Shown here piece after piece: positions 28,570 through 37,018 of a stretch of 64,000 nucleotides of DNA (position 1 is the first letter of the stretch; the number at the start of each line of letters is the position of its first letter). Under the pieces are notes generated by a model that saw nothing but the letters and a program-made list of their open reading frames with translations, was not told the origin of the DNA and did not search any database. The DNA comes from Planctomycetota bacterium (GTDB lineage: Bacteria; Planctomycetota; PLA2; JAEUHO01). The stretch is from NCBI GenBank assembly GCA_965223505.1, contig CBDCWP010000038.1:230055-294054 (forward strand). Direction: 5' to 3'. The translations under genes were made by a program, and so were the position numbers.

Positions 28570-29483
28570 GCAGCGACACCACCAGCGACCGGAGGCCGAA
28601 GACGGCGGGCGTGCGCGTGCTCGAGGGGTTCGGTCCGTCCTTCACGTGGGGCGTGCGCCAGGCGTGCCGCTGGAAGCGCCTGCTCGTCGTCGGCCTGCTG
28701 GCCGTCGCGGTCGGCGCCATCGTCGGCACGAGCATCGCGGAGTCGGCGGTGCCGCCCGACCAATACCGCCGTTGGTGGCACCGGGACGCGCCGCACCTGC
28801 TCGCCAAGCATCTGGACGAAGAGATCTTCCGCGTCGTACTCCCGTTGTGCGCGCTGTTGTTGATCGGCGGCGGCTTCTCGCGCGAGGTTCACCAGCGAAC
28901 GCTCGTCTATCACCTCGTGCGACCGGTCTCTCGCACGACGGTGTTCCTCTCCCGTTATCTCGCCGGCATCATCCCCGCCGCCGCGGTGGCGATCTTGATG
29001 ATCTCCACCGCGTGCCTGACATCGGGGGTCGAGCTGCCGGCGAGCTTCTGGTTCTCGGTCCCACTCACGGCGACGGCCGGCGTGATCGCCATCGGCGCGG
29101 TGTACTACACGTTGGGCGCGTTGTTCCGCCGCGGGATGGTGGCCGGTCTGATCTACACGTTCGTGCTCGAGAACCTCTTCGGGAGCGTGAGCGGTTCGAT
29201 TCAGCGGCTGTCGGTGATGTTCCACGTTCGCAGCATCCACCACTCGTTGAACGAGGAGACGTTCCTCTCGATGTCGAATTCGTTGCGGAGGCAGCGGGAG
29301 TGGGAACTCGAGGTGAGCGCGCGCTCGATCGCGCAGGGCGCGGAGCGTTTGATCATGGAGTCCGAGAAGCTCTCGTTCGAGACGCCCGGCACGGCGTTGA
29401 CGGTGCTGGGATGCCTGACCGTCGCGTTGATCGCGTTGGGCGCGTGGCGGGTGTCGCGGAAGGACTATCCCCTCAAAGACTGA
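28566..29483 (+). CDS. ABC-2 type transporter permease
   Basis: FSREVHQRTLVYHLVRPVSR motif; TM segments; ATGA overlap. Confidence 0.85.
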
Positions 29484-29503
29484 GCCGCGGGACGCGGACG
29501 TAA

Positions 29504-29572
29504 TGGTTGGGCAGCCACAAGGGCTGCCCCTACAGCGCGCTGGTTGGGCAGCCACAAGGGCTGCCCCTACAG
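29504..29572 (-). repeat. Two tandem GTAG-type REP elements (32-bp exact direct repeat, 5-bp gap)
   Basis: TGGTTGGGCAGCCACAAGGGCTGCCCCTACAG at 29504-29535 and 29541-29572; minus strand reads GTAG-G-GGGCAGCC-CTTGT-GGCTGCCC. Confidence 0.85.
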
Positions 29573-29585
29573 GTCATCCGACAGG

Positions 29586-29697
29586 CGTGAACGTGAACGT
29601 GCACGACTTCGGGTTCGGGATCGGGAGCCAGGGTCGGGAGCAGGTGCGGGAGCGGGCCAGGTAGCGGGTGCGGGAGTGGGAGCGGGTGCGGGCCAGG
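29586..29697 (+). repeat. Degenerate hexamer array (CGTGAA/CGGGWG) containing a G-quadruplex motif
   Basis: cgtgaa cgtgaa cgtgca ... cgggag cgggtg; five GGG tracts with 3-nt loops at 29666-29692. Confidence 0.75.
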
Positions 29698-29705
29698 CAG
29701 AATGG

Positions 29706-29733
29706 AGAAACGGGCGGCCACTCGGGCCGCCCG
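29706..29733 (-). terminator. Probable intrinsic terminator of the HEAT gene
   Basis: 9-bp stem CGGGCGGCC/GGCCGCCCG followed by TTTCT on the minus strand. Confidence 0.6.
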
Positions 29734-29764
29734 CAACACCGTTCCGCAAAGGAAGCTCGGATCG

Positions 29765-30937
29765 CTACTTGCCGGACTTCTTGCGCGCCTCCGCAATCTC
29801 CTGATAGCGCATGTTGCGCTCTTCGATCAGACGATTCGCGTTCTCACGCCAGAACTTGGACCACGGCTTCACGTCGTCGCCCAGGTCCGTACCCACGATG
29901 CCCTTCACCGCACCCTGGTACGCTGCTCGCTCGATCGTCGTGAACGTCTGGACCGTCGCCAGCACCTTCACCGACTGCACGACACCTTCCTGAATGACAC
30001 CCACGATCGGATCCGCGATGAACGACGTCTGCGCGACCTCGACATCGAAGTCCTGGATGTACGAAAGCTGCGCGGCGCTCATGAAGTAGACCTGCGGGAA
30101 GTCGCCCGAGCGGCCTTCCCACTTCTTGATCACGTAGCCCAGACCCAGCTCGTCACCGAGCTTGCCGAGCGCCTCGGCTGCGTTCACACGCACCTCGACG
30201 TAGCGGCTGTCGAGCGCGCGGCCCAACGGGTGGACCGTGGACGGCTCGCCGATCTCCTTGAGCGCGCCGACGACGGCGTCCCGCACGTCGTCTTCCTTGT
30301 CGTAGATCGCGCGCTTGAGCAACGCGGGCACCGCCAGCGGATCGTCGAGACGACCGAGTTCCTGCGCACAGTAGATGCGCAGCGACGCCGGCTCGCAGCG
30401 CAGGCACTTGGCAAGCGGCTGCAACTTGAACCGGTCTTCCTCGAGCGCCATCTGACGACGGGCCTTGGCGACCGTCTCCTCGTCCTCGGAAGCGATCTTC
30501 GCGAGCAAGGTGAATACGCGCTTCTCGCCCGCCTTCTGCTCGGCGGCCTCGCGCTGCGGACGCGTCGCCTCGGCGAACTGCTCCGACGTGATCCAGTCTC
30601 CGCCGTGGTGGATGAAGCCCTTGGCGCGCATCAGGTCGTCGCCGGCGTGCCAGCGTTCGTTGATCTTCTCGTAGCCGAGCGCACGCCGCGCGGCGACGTG
30701 ATCCGGCTCGATGCCGATCACGATCTCGTACGCCTTGGCCGCGAGATCGTCATGCCCCTTGGCTTCGAGCTGAAGCGCCAGCTTGAACGCCGCTGCGGCG
30801 TCCTTGGCGTCGAGGGAATCCAGGCGCTTCTCCCAGGCCGTGCGGTCTTCGTCGCCCGCGGCGGCGCCGCTGACGGGCAGCAGCAGGAACGCCGCCACGG
30901 CCAGCATCACGCCCCCGATAAGTAGCCCATGTCGCAT
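29765..30937 (-). CDS. Secreted HEAT-repeat protein with a secretin-like hairpin insert
   Basis: Signal peptide, HEAT repeats, and QLSYIQDFDVEVAQTSFIADPIVGVIQEG near the C-terminus. Confidence 0.8.
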   Translation of the reverse strand: MRHGLLIGGVMLAVAAFLLLPVSGAAAGDEDRTAWEKRLDSLDAKDAAAAFKLALQLEAKGHDDLAAKAYEIVIGIEPDHVAARRALGYEKINERWHAGDDLMRAKGFIHHGGDWITSEQFAEATRPQREAAEQKAGEKRVFTLLAKIASEDEETVAKARRQMALEEDRFKLQPLAKCLRCEPASLRIYCAQELGRLDDPLAVPALLKRAIYDKEDDVRDAVVGALKEIGEPSTVHPLGRALDSRYVEVRVNAAEALGKLGDELGLGYVIKKWEGRSGDFPQVYFMSAAQLSYIQDFDVEVAQTSFIADPIVGVIQEGVVQSVKVLATVQTFTTIERAAYQGAVKGIVGTDLGDDVKPWSKFWRENANRLIEERNMRYQEIAEARKKSGK

Positions 30938-30979
30938 CTGTTCGGTCTCCACGTGCGGGTGGGTTTCGTCCCTCATCCA

Positions 30980-31005
30980 AACGCCGGAATCGCCACAAGG
31001 TTACA
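30980..31005 (-). promoter_or_regulatory. Candidate ECF sigma factor promoter
   Basis: TGTAAC-N16-CGTT upstream of the HEAT gene. Confidence 0.5.
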
Positions 31006-31170
31006 CCTCGTCAGCAATTGGCGGGCCCGCGCCCGGTTTCCGCGCGGGCGACCCGGGACCAGTGGCTTCATGGGGCGTCTTGCATCCGGAACGCGCGCGA
31101 GCTCGCGCGCTGACGGTTTTTGTCCCCCACCGCCCGCCCGGACGGTATGACCCACGCAAAGGGAGGCCCC

Positions 31171-31620
31171 ATGACGAACGCCACGATTCAGACCTCGAAG
31201 GGCAGCATCGAGATCGAGCTGTACGACCAGGACGCGCCGGGCACGGTGGACAACTTCACGAAGCTGGCGGGCGAGGGGTTCTACAACGGCCTCACCTTCC
31301 ACCGGGTCGTGCCGAACTTCGTCATCCAGGGCGGCTGCCCCAACACGCGCGAAGGCGCGTCGGGCGTGCCCGGCACCGGCGGCCCCGGCTACAAGATCAA
31401 GTGCGAGACGGCCGGCAACCCGAACAAGCACGACGCGGCGGGTGTGCTGTCGATGGCGCACGCCGGTCCGAACACGGGCGGCAGCCAATTCTTCATCACG
31501 CTGAGCGCGACGCCGCACCTGGACGGCGTGCACACGGTCTTCGGACGGGTGACGAACGGCATGGACGTCGTCAACTCGATCCAGCAGGACGACCGCATCG
31601 AGACGATCACCGCGCAGTAG
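31171..31620 (+). CDS. Cyclophilin-type peptidyl-prolyl cis-trans isomerase
   Basis: [49 protein letters not shown]. Confidence 0.96.
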   Translation: MTNATIQTSKGSIEIELYDQDAPGTVDNFTKLAGEGFYNGLTFHRVVPNFVIQGGCPNTREGASGVPGTGGPGYKIKCETAGNPNKHDAAGVLSMAHAGPNTGGSQFFITLSATPHLDGVHTVFGRVTNGMDVVNSIQQDDRIETITAQ

Positions 31621-31632
31621 CGCCGCCGACGT

Positions 31633-32190
31633 CTATCGGATCGGCGCGATGTCCTTCGGGCGGTTCACGTCGTCCGCCAGCGCTTCCTCGATCCAGCGCG
31701 GCATGTCGCGCTGCCAGTTCACCGCGCCCTGGTGGAACGGCCCGCGGTTCATCGCGTGGATCTCGACGCGACTCTGATTCGGGTTGCCGATCACCGGATG
31801 CACGATCGCGATCATCGCGGAACGAAACGCCGGCATGTAGGCGTCGCTCTGGGACTCCTCCGCCGTGCGCTCCTTCGCGACGACCTCGCGACGAAGCTCC
31901 GAGACGAAGATCGCGCGCACCGGCTCGTCCCCGAGGCCGCGCGCCTTGCGCGCGGCGCGCTCCAACACGTCCACCATCTCGTCCGGTGAACGATCGAACG
32001 TCGTGAACGGCCCCGTACCGCGTCGGTTGCGAAGCTCCGACATCGTGCCGCCCTGCAACGTCAGCACGTTGACGATGGTCTCCCGCGTCTCCTTGTCGAG
32101 ACCGCTCCCGGACTCCTCGATGTCGCCGTGGTCCTGTCCGATGCAGCCCGTCAGCGCGGACGCGACGAGCAGTGCCACGAGGACCCGCAT
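31633..32190 (-). CDS. Hypothetical lipoprotein
   Basis: MRVLVALLVASALTG-C lipobox; start overlaps the ispF stop (TGATG). Confidence 0.75.
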   Translation of the reverse strand: MRVLVALLVASALTGCIGQDHGDIEESGSGLDKETRETIVNVLTLQGGTMSELRNRRGTGPFTTFDRSPDEMVDVLERAARKARGLGDEPVRAIFVSELRREVVAKERTAEESQSDAYMPAFRSAMIAIVHPVIGNPNQSRVEIHAMNRGPFHQGAVNWQRDMPRWIEEALADDVNRPKDIAPIR

Positions 32191-32663
32191 CAGGCCTCCA
32201 CCAACGAGACCACGGCCATCGCGGCGATCCCCTCCGCGCGCCCGACGGCACCGAGCCCCTCGTTCGTGGTCGCCTTGACGCTCACGTGCGATTCGTCCAG
32301 TCCCGTCAGCGCAGCCAGCCGCTCGCGGATCGCCGCGCGGTGCGGCGCGATCTTCGGACGCTCCGCGACGACGGTCGCGTCGACGTGCGCGGGCTTGAGC
32401 CCCTTCGCTTCGATCTTCGTCAGCACCTCGGCCAACAGCGCCGCCGAGGGCACGTCCGCCCACTGCGGATCGGAGTCCGGGAAGTGGTCGCCCAGGTCGC
32501 CGAGCGCCGCGGCGCCGAGCAGGGCGTCGGCAACGGCGTGCAGCAGGACGTCGGCGTCGGAATGGCCGCGCAGTCCCCACGCGCCGGGCACCTTCACCCC
32601 GCCCAGCACGAGCACCCGGGTGGGGTCGAACGCGTGAATGTCGTAGCCGATGCCGACGCGCAT
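32190..32663 (-). CDS. ispF: 2-C-methyl-D-erythritol 2,4-cyclodiphosphate synthase
   Basis: RVGIGYDIH, GHSDADV, GDLGDHFPD, KATTNEGLG. Confidence 0.97.
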   Translation of the reverse strand: MRVGIGYDIHAFDPTRVLVLGGVKVPGAWGLRGHSDADVLLHAVADALLGAAALGDLGDHFPDSDPQWADVPSAALLAEVLTKIEAKGLKPAHVDATVVAERPKIAPHRAAIRERLAALTGLDESHVSVKATTNEGLGAVGRAEGIAAMAVVSLVEA

Positions 32664-32788
32664 GCGCGGCAGTCTAACGGAGCGGACGGCGAAGCGCCGT
32701 CGAGCGTCCGGCGAGCCGGATGCGCGCGCCGATCCGCAAACCGTCGCGCGGCCCGGGCTCTTGCGGGGCCCGTTGGTAGGCTGCGGCC

Positions 32789-33457
32789 GTGCACGGATTG
32801 GTTCTCACAGCGGCCGGCGCCTCGACTCGCTTCGGCGGGGTCGTCTCGAAGGTGCTCGTCGACCTCGCCGGCAGGCCGGTGCTCATGCACGCGCTCGACG
32901 CGTGCCGAGCTGCCGTTGCCGACCTCGCGGTGGTCGTCACGGCGAGCGCGCAGGACCTCGAGGCCGTGCGCGCGGTGGTGCCCTTCGCGTTCGACGTCGT
33001 CGAGGGCGGCGCCACCCGCCAACAGAGCGTGATGCGGGGAATCGACGCGCTGCCCGACGACGTGGACATGGTGCTGGTGCACGACGCTGCGCGGCCGCTC
33101 GTCACGAGCGCGCTCGTGCGGGCGGTGCTGGACGCCGCGCTATCCGACGGCGCAGCGGCCGCGGTGCTGCCCGTCGCCGACACGCTGCACCGCGTCGAGG
33201 ACGCGGACGGCACGGCGCGGCTCGCCCCCGGCGTCGACCGCGCGGCGCTCGTGCGCGCGCAGACGCCCCAGGCGGCGCGCAGAGCGTTGCTGTTCGACGC
33301 GCTTCAACAGAGCGAGGGCACCGACGAGGTGAGCGCGTTGCTCGCCGCGGGCGTATCGGTCACGGCCGTCACGGGCGAGTCGACGAACCTCAAGGTGACG
33401 ACCGAGGACGACCTGCGCATCGCCGAGGCGCTCGTCCGGGCCCGCGCCTCGTCATGA
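32789..33457 (+). CDS. ispD: 2-C-methyl-D-erythritol 4-phosphate cytidylyltransferase
   Basis: AAGASTRFG, GGATRQQSV, VHDAARP, AQTPQ, NLKVTT. Confidence 0.93.
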   Translation: MHGLVLTAAGASTRFGGVVSKVLVDLAGRPVLMHALDACRAAVADLAVVVTASAQDLEAVRAVVPFAFDVVEGGATRQQSVMRGIDALPDDVDMVLVHDAARPLVTSALVRAVLDAALSDGAAAAVLPVADTLHRVEDADGTARLAPGVDRAALVRAQTPQAARRALLFDALQQSEGTDEVSALLAAGVSVTAVTGESTNLKVTTEDDLRIAEALVRARASS

Positions 33458-34029
33458 ACGACCCGATGGACAGACGCCGTTTCTGGCGGGAGGCGATCGG
33501 CAGCGTTCTTCCGGGGAAACGGCGACCGCGCGACGCGGGCGCGGCGAAGCCGCAGCAACCGAGCGCGTTGATCCGTCCGCCGGGCGCGTTGCCCGAAGCG
33601 CGATTCAAGGACGCGTGCGCGGACGGATGCCGCATCTGCACCGACGCGTGCCCGAGCTTCGCGATCATCCCGTCATTGGACGCGTCCCAACCGGGCGGCG
33701 GCGACGGCACGCCGTACATGCTGCCGGATCGCCAGGCCTGCGACCTGTGCGGTCTGTGCATGCCCGCGTGCCCGACGGGCGCGCTGCGGGTGACGCCGCC
33801 GATGGCGGTGCGAATCGGACTCGCGGTTCTCGACCGGCAGGCGTGCGTGCGTTCGCGCGACGAGGCCTGCGACGTCTGTCTGCAACTGTGTCCCTACCCG
33901 AGCATCGCGATCACCGACGGCGAGCAGTTCCCGTTGATCCTCGAGAGCGGGTGCACCGGCTGCGGTTTGTGCGCGATGTCGTGTCCGCCCCATGCCATCG
34001 CCGTCGTCGCGCACTCGATCGATACGTGA
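33454..34029 (+). CDS. NapF/NapG/MauM-like multi-[4Fe-4S] ferredoxin
   Basis: DRRRF, IRPPGA, four Cys clusters (CxxCxxxCP type); ATGA overlap with ispD. Confidence 0.85.
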   Translation: MNDPMDRRRFWREAIGSVLPGKRRPRDAGAAKPQQPSALIRPPGALPEARFKDACADGCRICTDACPSFAIIPSLDASQPGGGDGTPYMLPDRQACDLCGLCMPACPTGALRVTPPMAVRIGLAVLDRQACVRSRDEACDVCLQLCPYPSIAITDGEQFPLILESGCTGCGLCAMSCPPHAIAVVAHSIDT

Positions 34030-34056
34030 GTCGTCGAGCCGACCTACACTCGTCGT

Positions 34057-34641
34057 GTGGTCGAGCCCAATCCCGTCCTGCGCGTCATCGGCATCGATCC
34101 GGGTACGCGCGTCGTCGGCTGGGGCGTGGTCGAGGCGCACGGCGGTCGCTATCGAGCCGTCGATCACGGCGCGCTCAAGTCGAACCCGCGGCATGACGTC
34201 CCGACCCGGCTGGCGGCGCTCGTCGCCGCGCTACGCGAGGTGCTCGTGGCGTACGCGCCGGGCGAGGCCGCCATCGAAGAGGCGTTCCACGGCCGGGACG
34301 CGACGGCCGCGTTGCGCATCGGCGAAGCGCGCGGCGCGCTGGTCGTGGCGTTGGCCGAGCACCGCCTGTCCGTCTGCGGCTACACCAACAACGTGATCAA
34401 GAAGGCGGTCACCGGGGCCGGGCGGGCGTCCAAGCAGCAGGTGCAAGCCATGGTGCGCCGCGTGCTCGCCATGGCGGAGCCGCCGACGCCGTTCGACGCC
34501 GCGGACGCTCTCGCGGTGGCCGTCTGCCACCTGCAGCGCCGCGGCACGGCGGCAGGCGGCGCGCCCGGCATCTCGCCCCGATTGCGCGAGAGTCTGCGCC
34601 GGGCGGGCGTCGATCCCCGGAAGCTGGACCCGCGGCGTTAG
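34057..34641 (+). CDS. ruvC: Holliday junction resolvase RuvC
   Basis: IGIDPG, AIEEAF, IKKAVTGAGRASK, DAADALAVA. Confidence 0.95.
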   Translation: MVEPNPVLRVIGIDPGTRVVGWGVVEAHGGRYRAVDHGALKSNPRHDVPTRLAALVAALREVLVAYAPGEAAIEEAFHGRDATAALRIGEARGALVVALAEHRLSVCGYTNNVIKKAVTGAGRASKQQVQAMVRRVLAMAEPPTPFDAADALAVAVCHLQRRGTAAGGAPGISPRLRESLRRAGVDPRKLDPRR

Positions 34642-34755
34642 GACGAACAGATGTAGGACTGAAATCCGGTCGCGGCCGCCGAATGCGTACCGTATGGTCG
34701 AGCCAGGCGCGCGACACCCGCCAGTCGGGCCGACGCGCCGCGAGGCCTGCCTTCC

Positions 34756-36147
34756 TTGTCGAGTTGGAAACCACCAGGCGGACGAACCGCCGTCACCCCG
34801 ATCGTTTTCGTTCCTCTGACCGGCGTGTGGATCGCGGGAATCCTGTCCGATCTTGCGCTCGTCGCGTACTTCGTCGCGGCGGAGGCGATCGCGGTGTTCG
34901 GCACGCTGACCGAGGTGGCCCTCGATCGATTCAGCCGCGCGACGTTGCACGAGCTCGCGGATCGCGAGGACACCCGTCCGCGGGTCGAGCGCTTCCTGAA
35001 ACGCGAGGGCGGGCACCTGCTGACCGCCCGTCTGTTGCGGTTCCTCGGCAACTCGTTGTTGGTGGTCGGCATCGCATTCGTCGCGCTCGGCGGTGAGCTC
35101 GGCGGCACGGCCGCCTCGGACCTCACGACGTTGCCATGGGGCACGGTCTTCGCCGTGCTCGCGATCTCCTTCGGGTTGACCTTCCTGGTCAACGACGTCT
35201 TGGTGCGGCTCGTCGCCGCGCGCAAACCCGACGAGATGCTGCTGCGCCTGATCCCCTCGCTCGAAGTGGCGGGGGTGATCCTGATTCCGCTGCGTACGCC
35301 GCTGATCTGGTTCGTGCGCGTGATCTTCCAGCGGCGCATCGACGGCCCGGGGCGCAACACGCGCGAAGAGGTGCTGGAGACCGTCGAAGAAGGCGAACGC
35401 GAAGGCAGCCTCAGCAAGACGGAAGCCGACATGATCGAGTCGATCATGGACCTCGAGCAGAGCGCCGTGCGAGACGTGATGACGGCGCGCGCCGACATCA
35501 TCATGATCCAGGCCGACGCCACGCTCGCCGACGCGGTCGCGATGATCAACGAAGAGGGCGTGAGCCGCCTGCCCGTGTACGGCGAGGACCGCGACGACGT
35601 GGTCGGCGTTCTCTATGCGCGCGACCTCATCGCGCACTGGAAGCCCGACGACCCCAACGGCCTGAACCCGGCGAAGCTGCCCGACCTGATGCGCAAGCCG
35701 TTCTTCGTCCCGGAGAACAAGCCGGTGAACGACCTGCTGGCCGAGATGCGCGCGCGCAAGGTGCACCTCGCCGTCGTGCTGGACGAGTTCAACGGTACGA
35801 CCGGCCTGATCACGATCGAGGACGTGCTCGAGGAGATCGTCGGCGAGATCCACGACGAGTACGACGAGGACGACGTGCAGGCGCCGCCGCCGACCGCGGA
35901 AGAGCTCGCGTCCGGCACGATGGACGTCGACGGTCGCACGCCCATCGAGGACGTGAACAAGGCGCTCTCGGTCGAGCTGCCGGTCGAGGACGACTTCGAG
36001 ACGATGGGCGGCCTGGTCTTCCACCGTCTCGGCACCGTTCCGCGGGTCGGCGACACCGTACACCTCGACGAGGTCGAGCTGACCGTCCTCGAAGCGGACG
36101 AACGCACGGTCAAGAAGCTCAAGGTGCAGGTGAGCGGCGGCGGGTAG
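34756..36147 (+). CDS. HlyC/CorC (CNNM-CBS-CorC) family membrane protein
   Basis: N-terminal TM segments, SRLPVY, VLDEFNGTTGLITIEDVLEEIVGEIHDEYD; start uncertain. Confidence 0.9.
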   Translation: MSSWKPPGGRTAVTPIVFVPLTGVWIAGILSDLALVAYFVAAEAIAVFGTLTEVALDRFSRATLHELADREDTRPRVERFLKREGGHLLTARLLRFLGNSLLVVGIAFVALGGELGGTAASDLTTLPWGTVFAVLAISFGLTFLVNDVLVRLVAARKPDEMLLRLIPSLEVAGVILIPLRTPLIWFVRVIFQRRIDGPGRNTREEVLETVEEGEREGSLSKTEADMIESIMDLEQSAVRDVMTARADIIMIQADATLADAVAMINEEGVSRLPVYGEDRDDVVGVLYARDLIAHWKPDDPNGLNPAKLPDLMRKPFFVPENKPVNDLLAEMRARKVHLAVVLDEFNGTTGLITIEDVLEEIVGEIHDEYDEDDVQAPPPTAEELASGTMDVDGRTPIEDVNKALSVELPVEDDFETMGGLVFHRLGTVPRVGDTVHLDEVELTVLEADERTVKKLKVQVSGGG

Positions 36148-36212
36148 CGGCCGGCGCGCACGAAACGAGTTTCGCGGCAGGTCGTGTCCACGACCTCGGC
36201 GACAATGCTCCG

Positions 36213-36965
36213 GTGCCTCGCCGCTACACCACCGGCGCGCTGGTCGTGCGCACCGTGCCCTTCGCCGAGTCGAGTGAGATCGTCCATCTCGCGACGGCCG
36301 ACCACGGTCTCGTTCACGCGCTGGCCAAGGGCGCGTACCGACCGGGGCCGGAGTTCCAGGGCGGCATTCCCCTGGCGGTCCTCGGCGAAGCGAAGCTGCT
36401 GCAACGACGCGGGGCCGAGCTGGAGCTGTTGCGCGCGTTTCGCCTGACCGACGGCCTGCGCGGCCTGCGCCGCGATCTGCGCCGTTTCTACGCCGGCTCG
36501 TACGTCATCGACCTGGTGCGCACGTGGATGCGGCCCGCGCTGCCGTTGCCGGCGCTCTATCGTGCGACCGTGACCGCGTTGCGCGGTATGGCCGAGACCA
36601 CGCCCGCGTCGATTCCGTCGTGGATCGTCTGGTTCGAGGCGCGCGCCGTCGCGGCGGTCGGCCTGCGCCCGCAGCTCGAGGTGTGCGCCCAATGCGGACG
36701 AGCGGTGTCCGAGCGCGCGGTCTTCTCCCCCAGCGCCGGCGGCATCGCCCACCGCGCCTGCGCGCCCCCGGGGGAGCTGCGACCCCTCTCCGGCGCGGAC
36801 CACGCGGCGCTTGCGCGCCTCTACACCGCGCGACTCTCCGAGCTCTCCGGCGAGCCCCTCACGGAGCGGGAGGTGCGCTATGCGCGCGCCGCCCACGACC
36901 TGTGGATTCCGCACGTGCTGGAGCGGCGTCCGGCCAGCCTGCACGCCGCCGTGACAGGATCCTGA
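36213..36965 (+). CDS. recO: DNA repair protein RecO
   Basis: ALVVRTVPFAESSEIV, ALAKGAYR, CAQCG zinc motif. Confidence 0.85.
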   Translation: MPRRYTTGALVVRTVPFAESSEIVHLATADHGLVHALAKGAYRPGPEFQGGIPLAVLGEAKLLQRRGAELELLRAFRLTDGLRGLRRDLRRFYAGSYVIDLVRTWMRPALPLPALYRATVTALRGMAETTPASIPSWIVWFEARAVAAVGLRPQLEVCAQCGRAVSERAVFSPSAGGIAHRACAPPGELRPLSGADHAALARLYTARLSELSGEPLTEREVRYARAAHDLWIPHVLERRPASLHAAVTGS

Positions 36966-37018
36966 CCGGGAACACCGCGAAGCGCGGCGTCCGCCCCTCC
37001 AAGCGGTAAGGTGGTCGC

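Noticed and set aside
29504..29572. 32-bp direct repeat as a CRISPR array
   Set aside because: Only two copies with a 5-bp gap, no spacer-length sequence and no cas genes; the GTAG-hairpin form fits a REP
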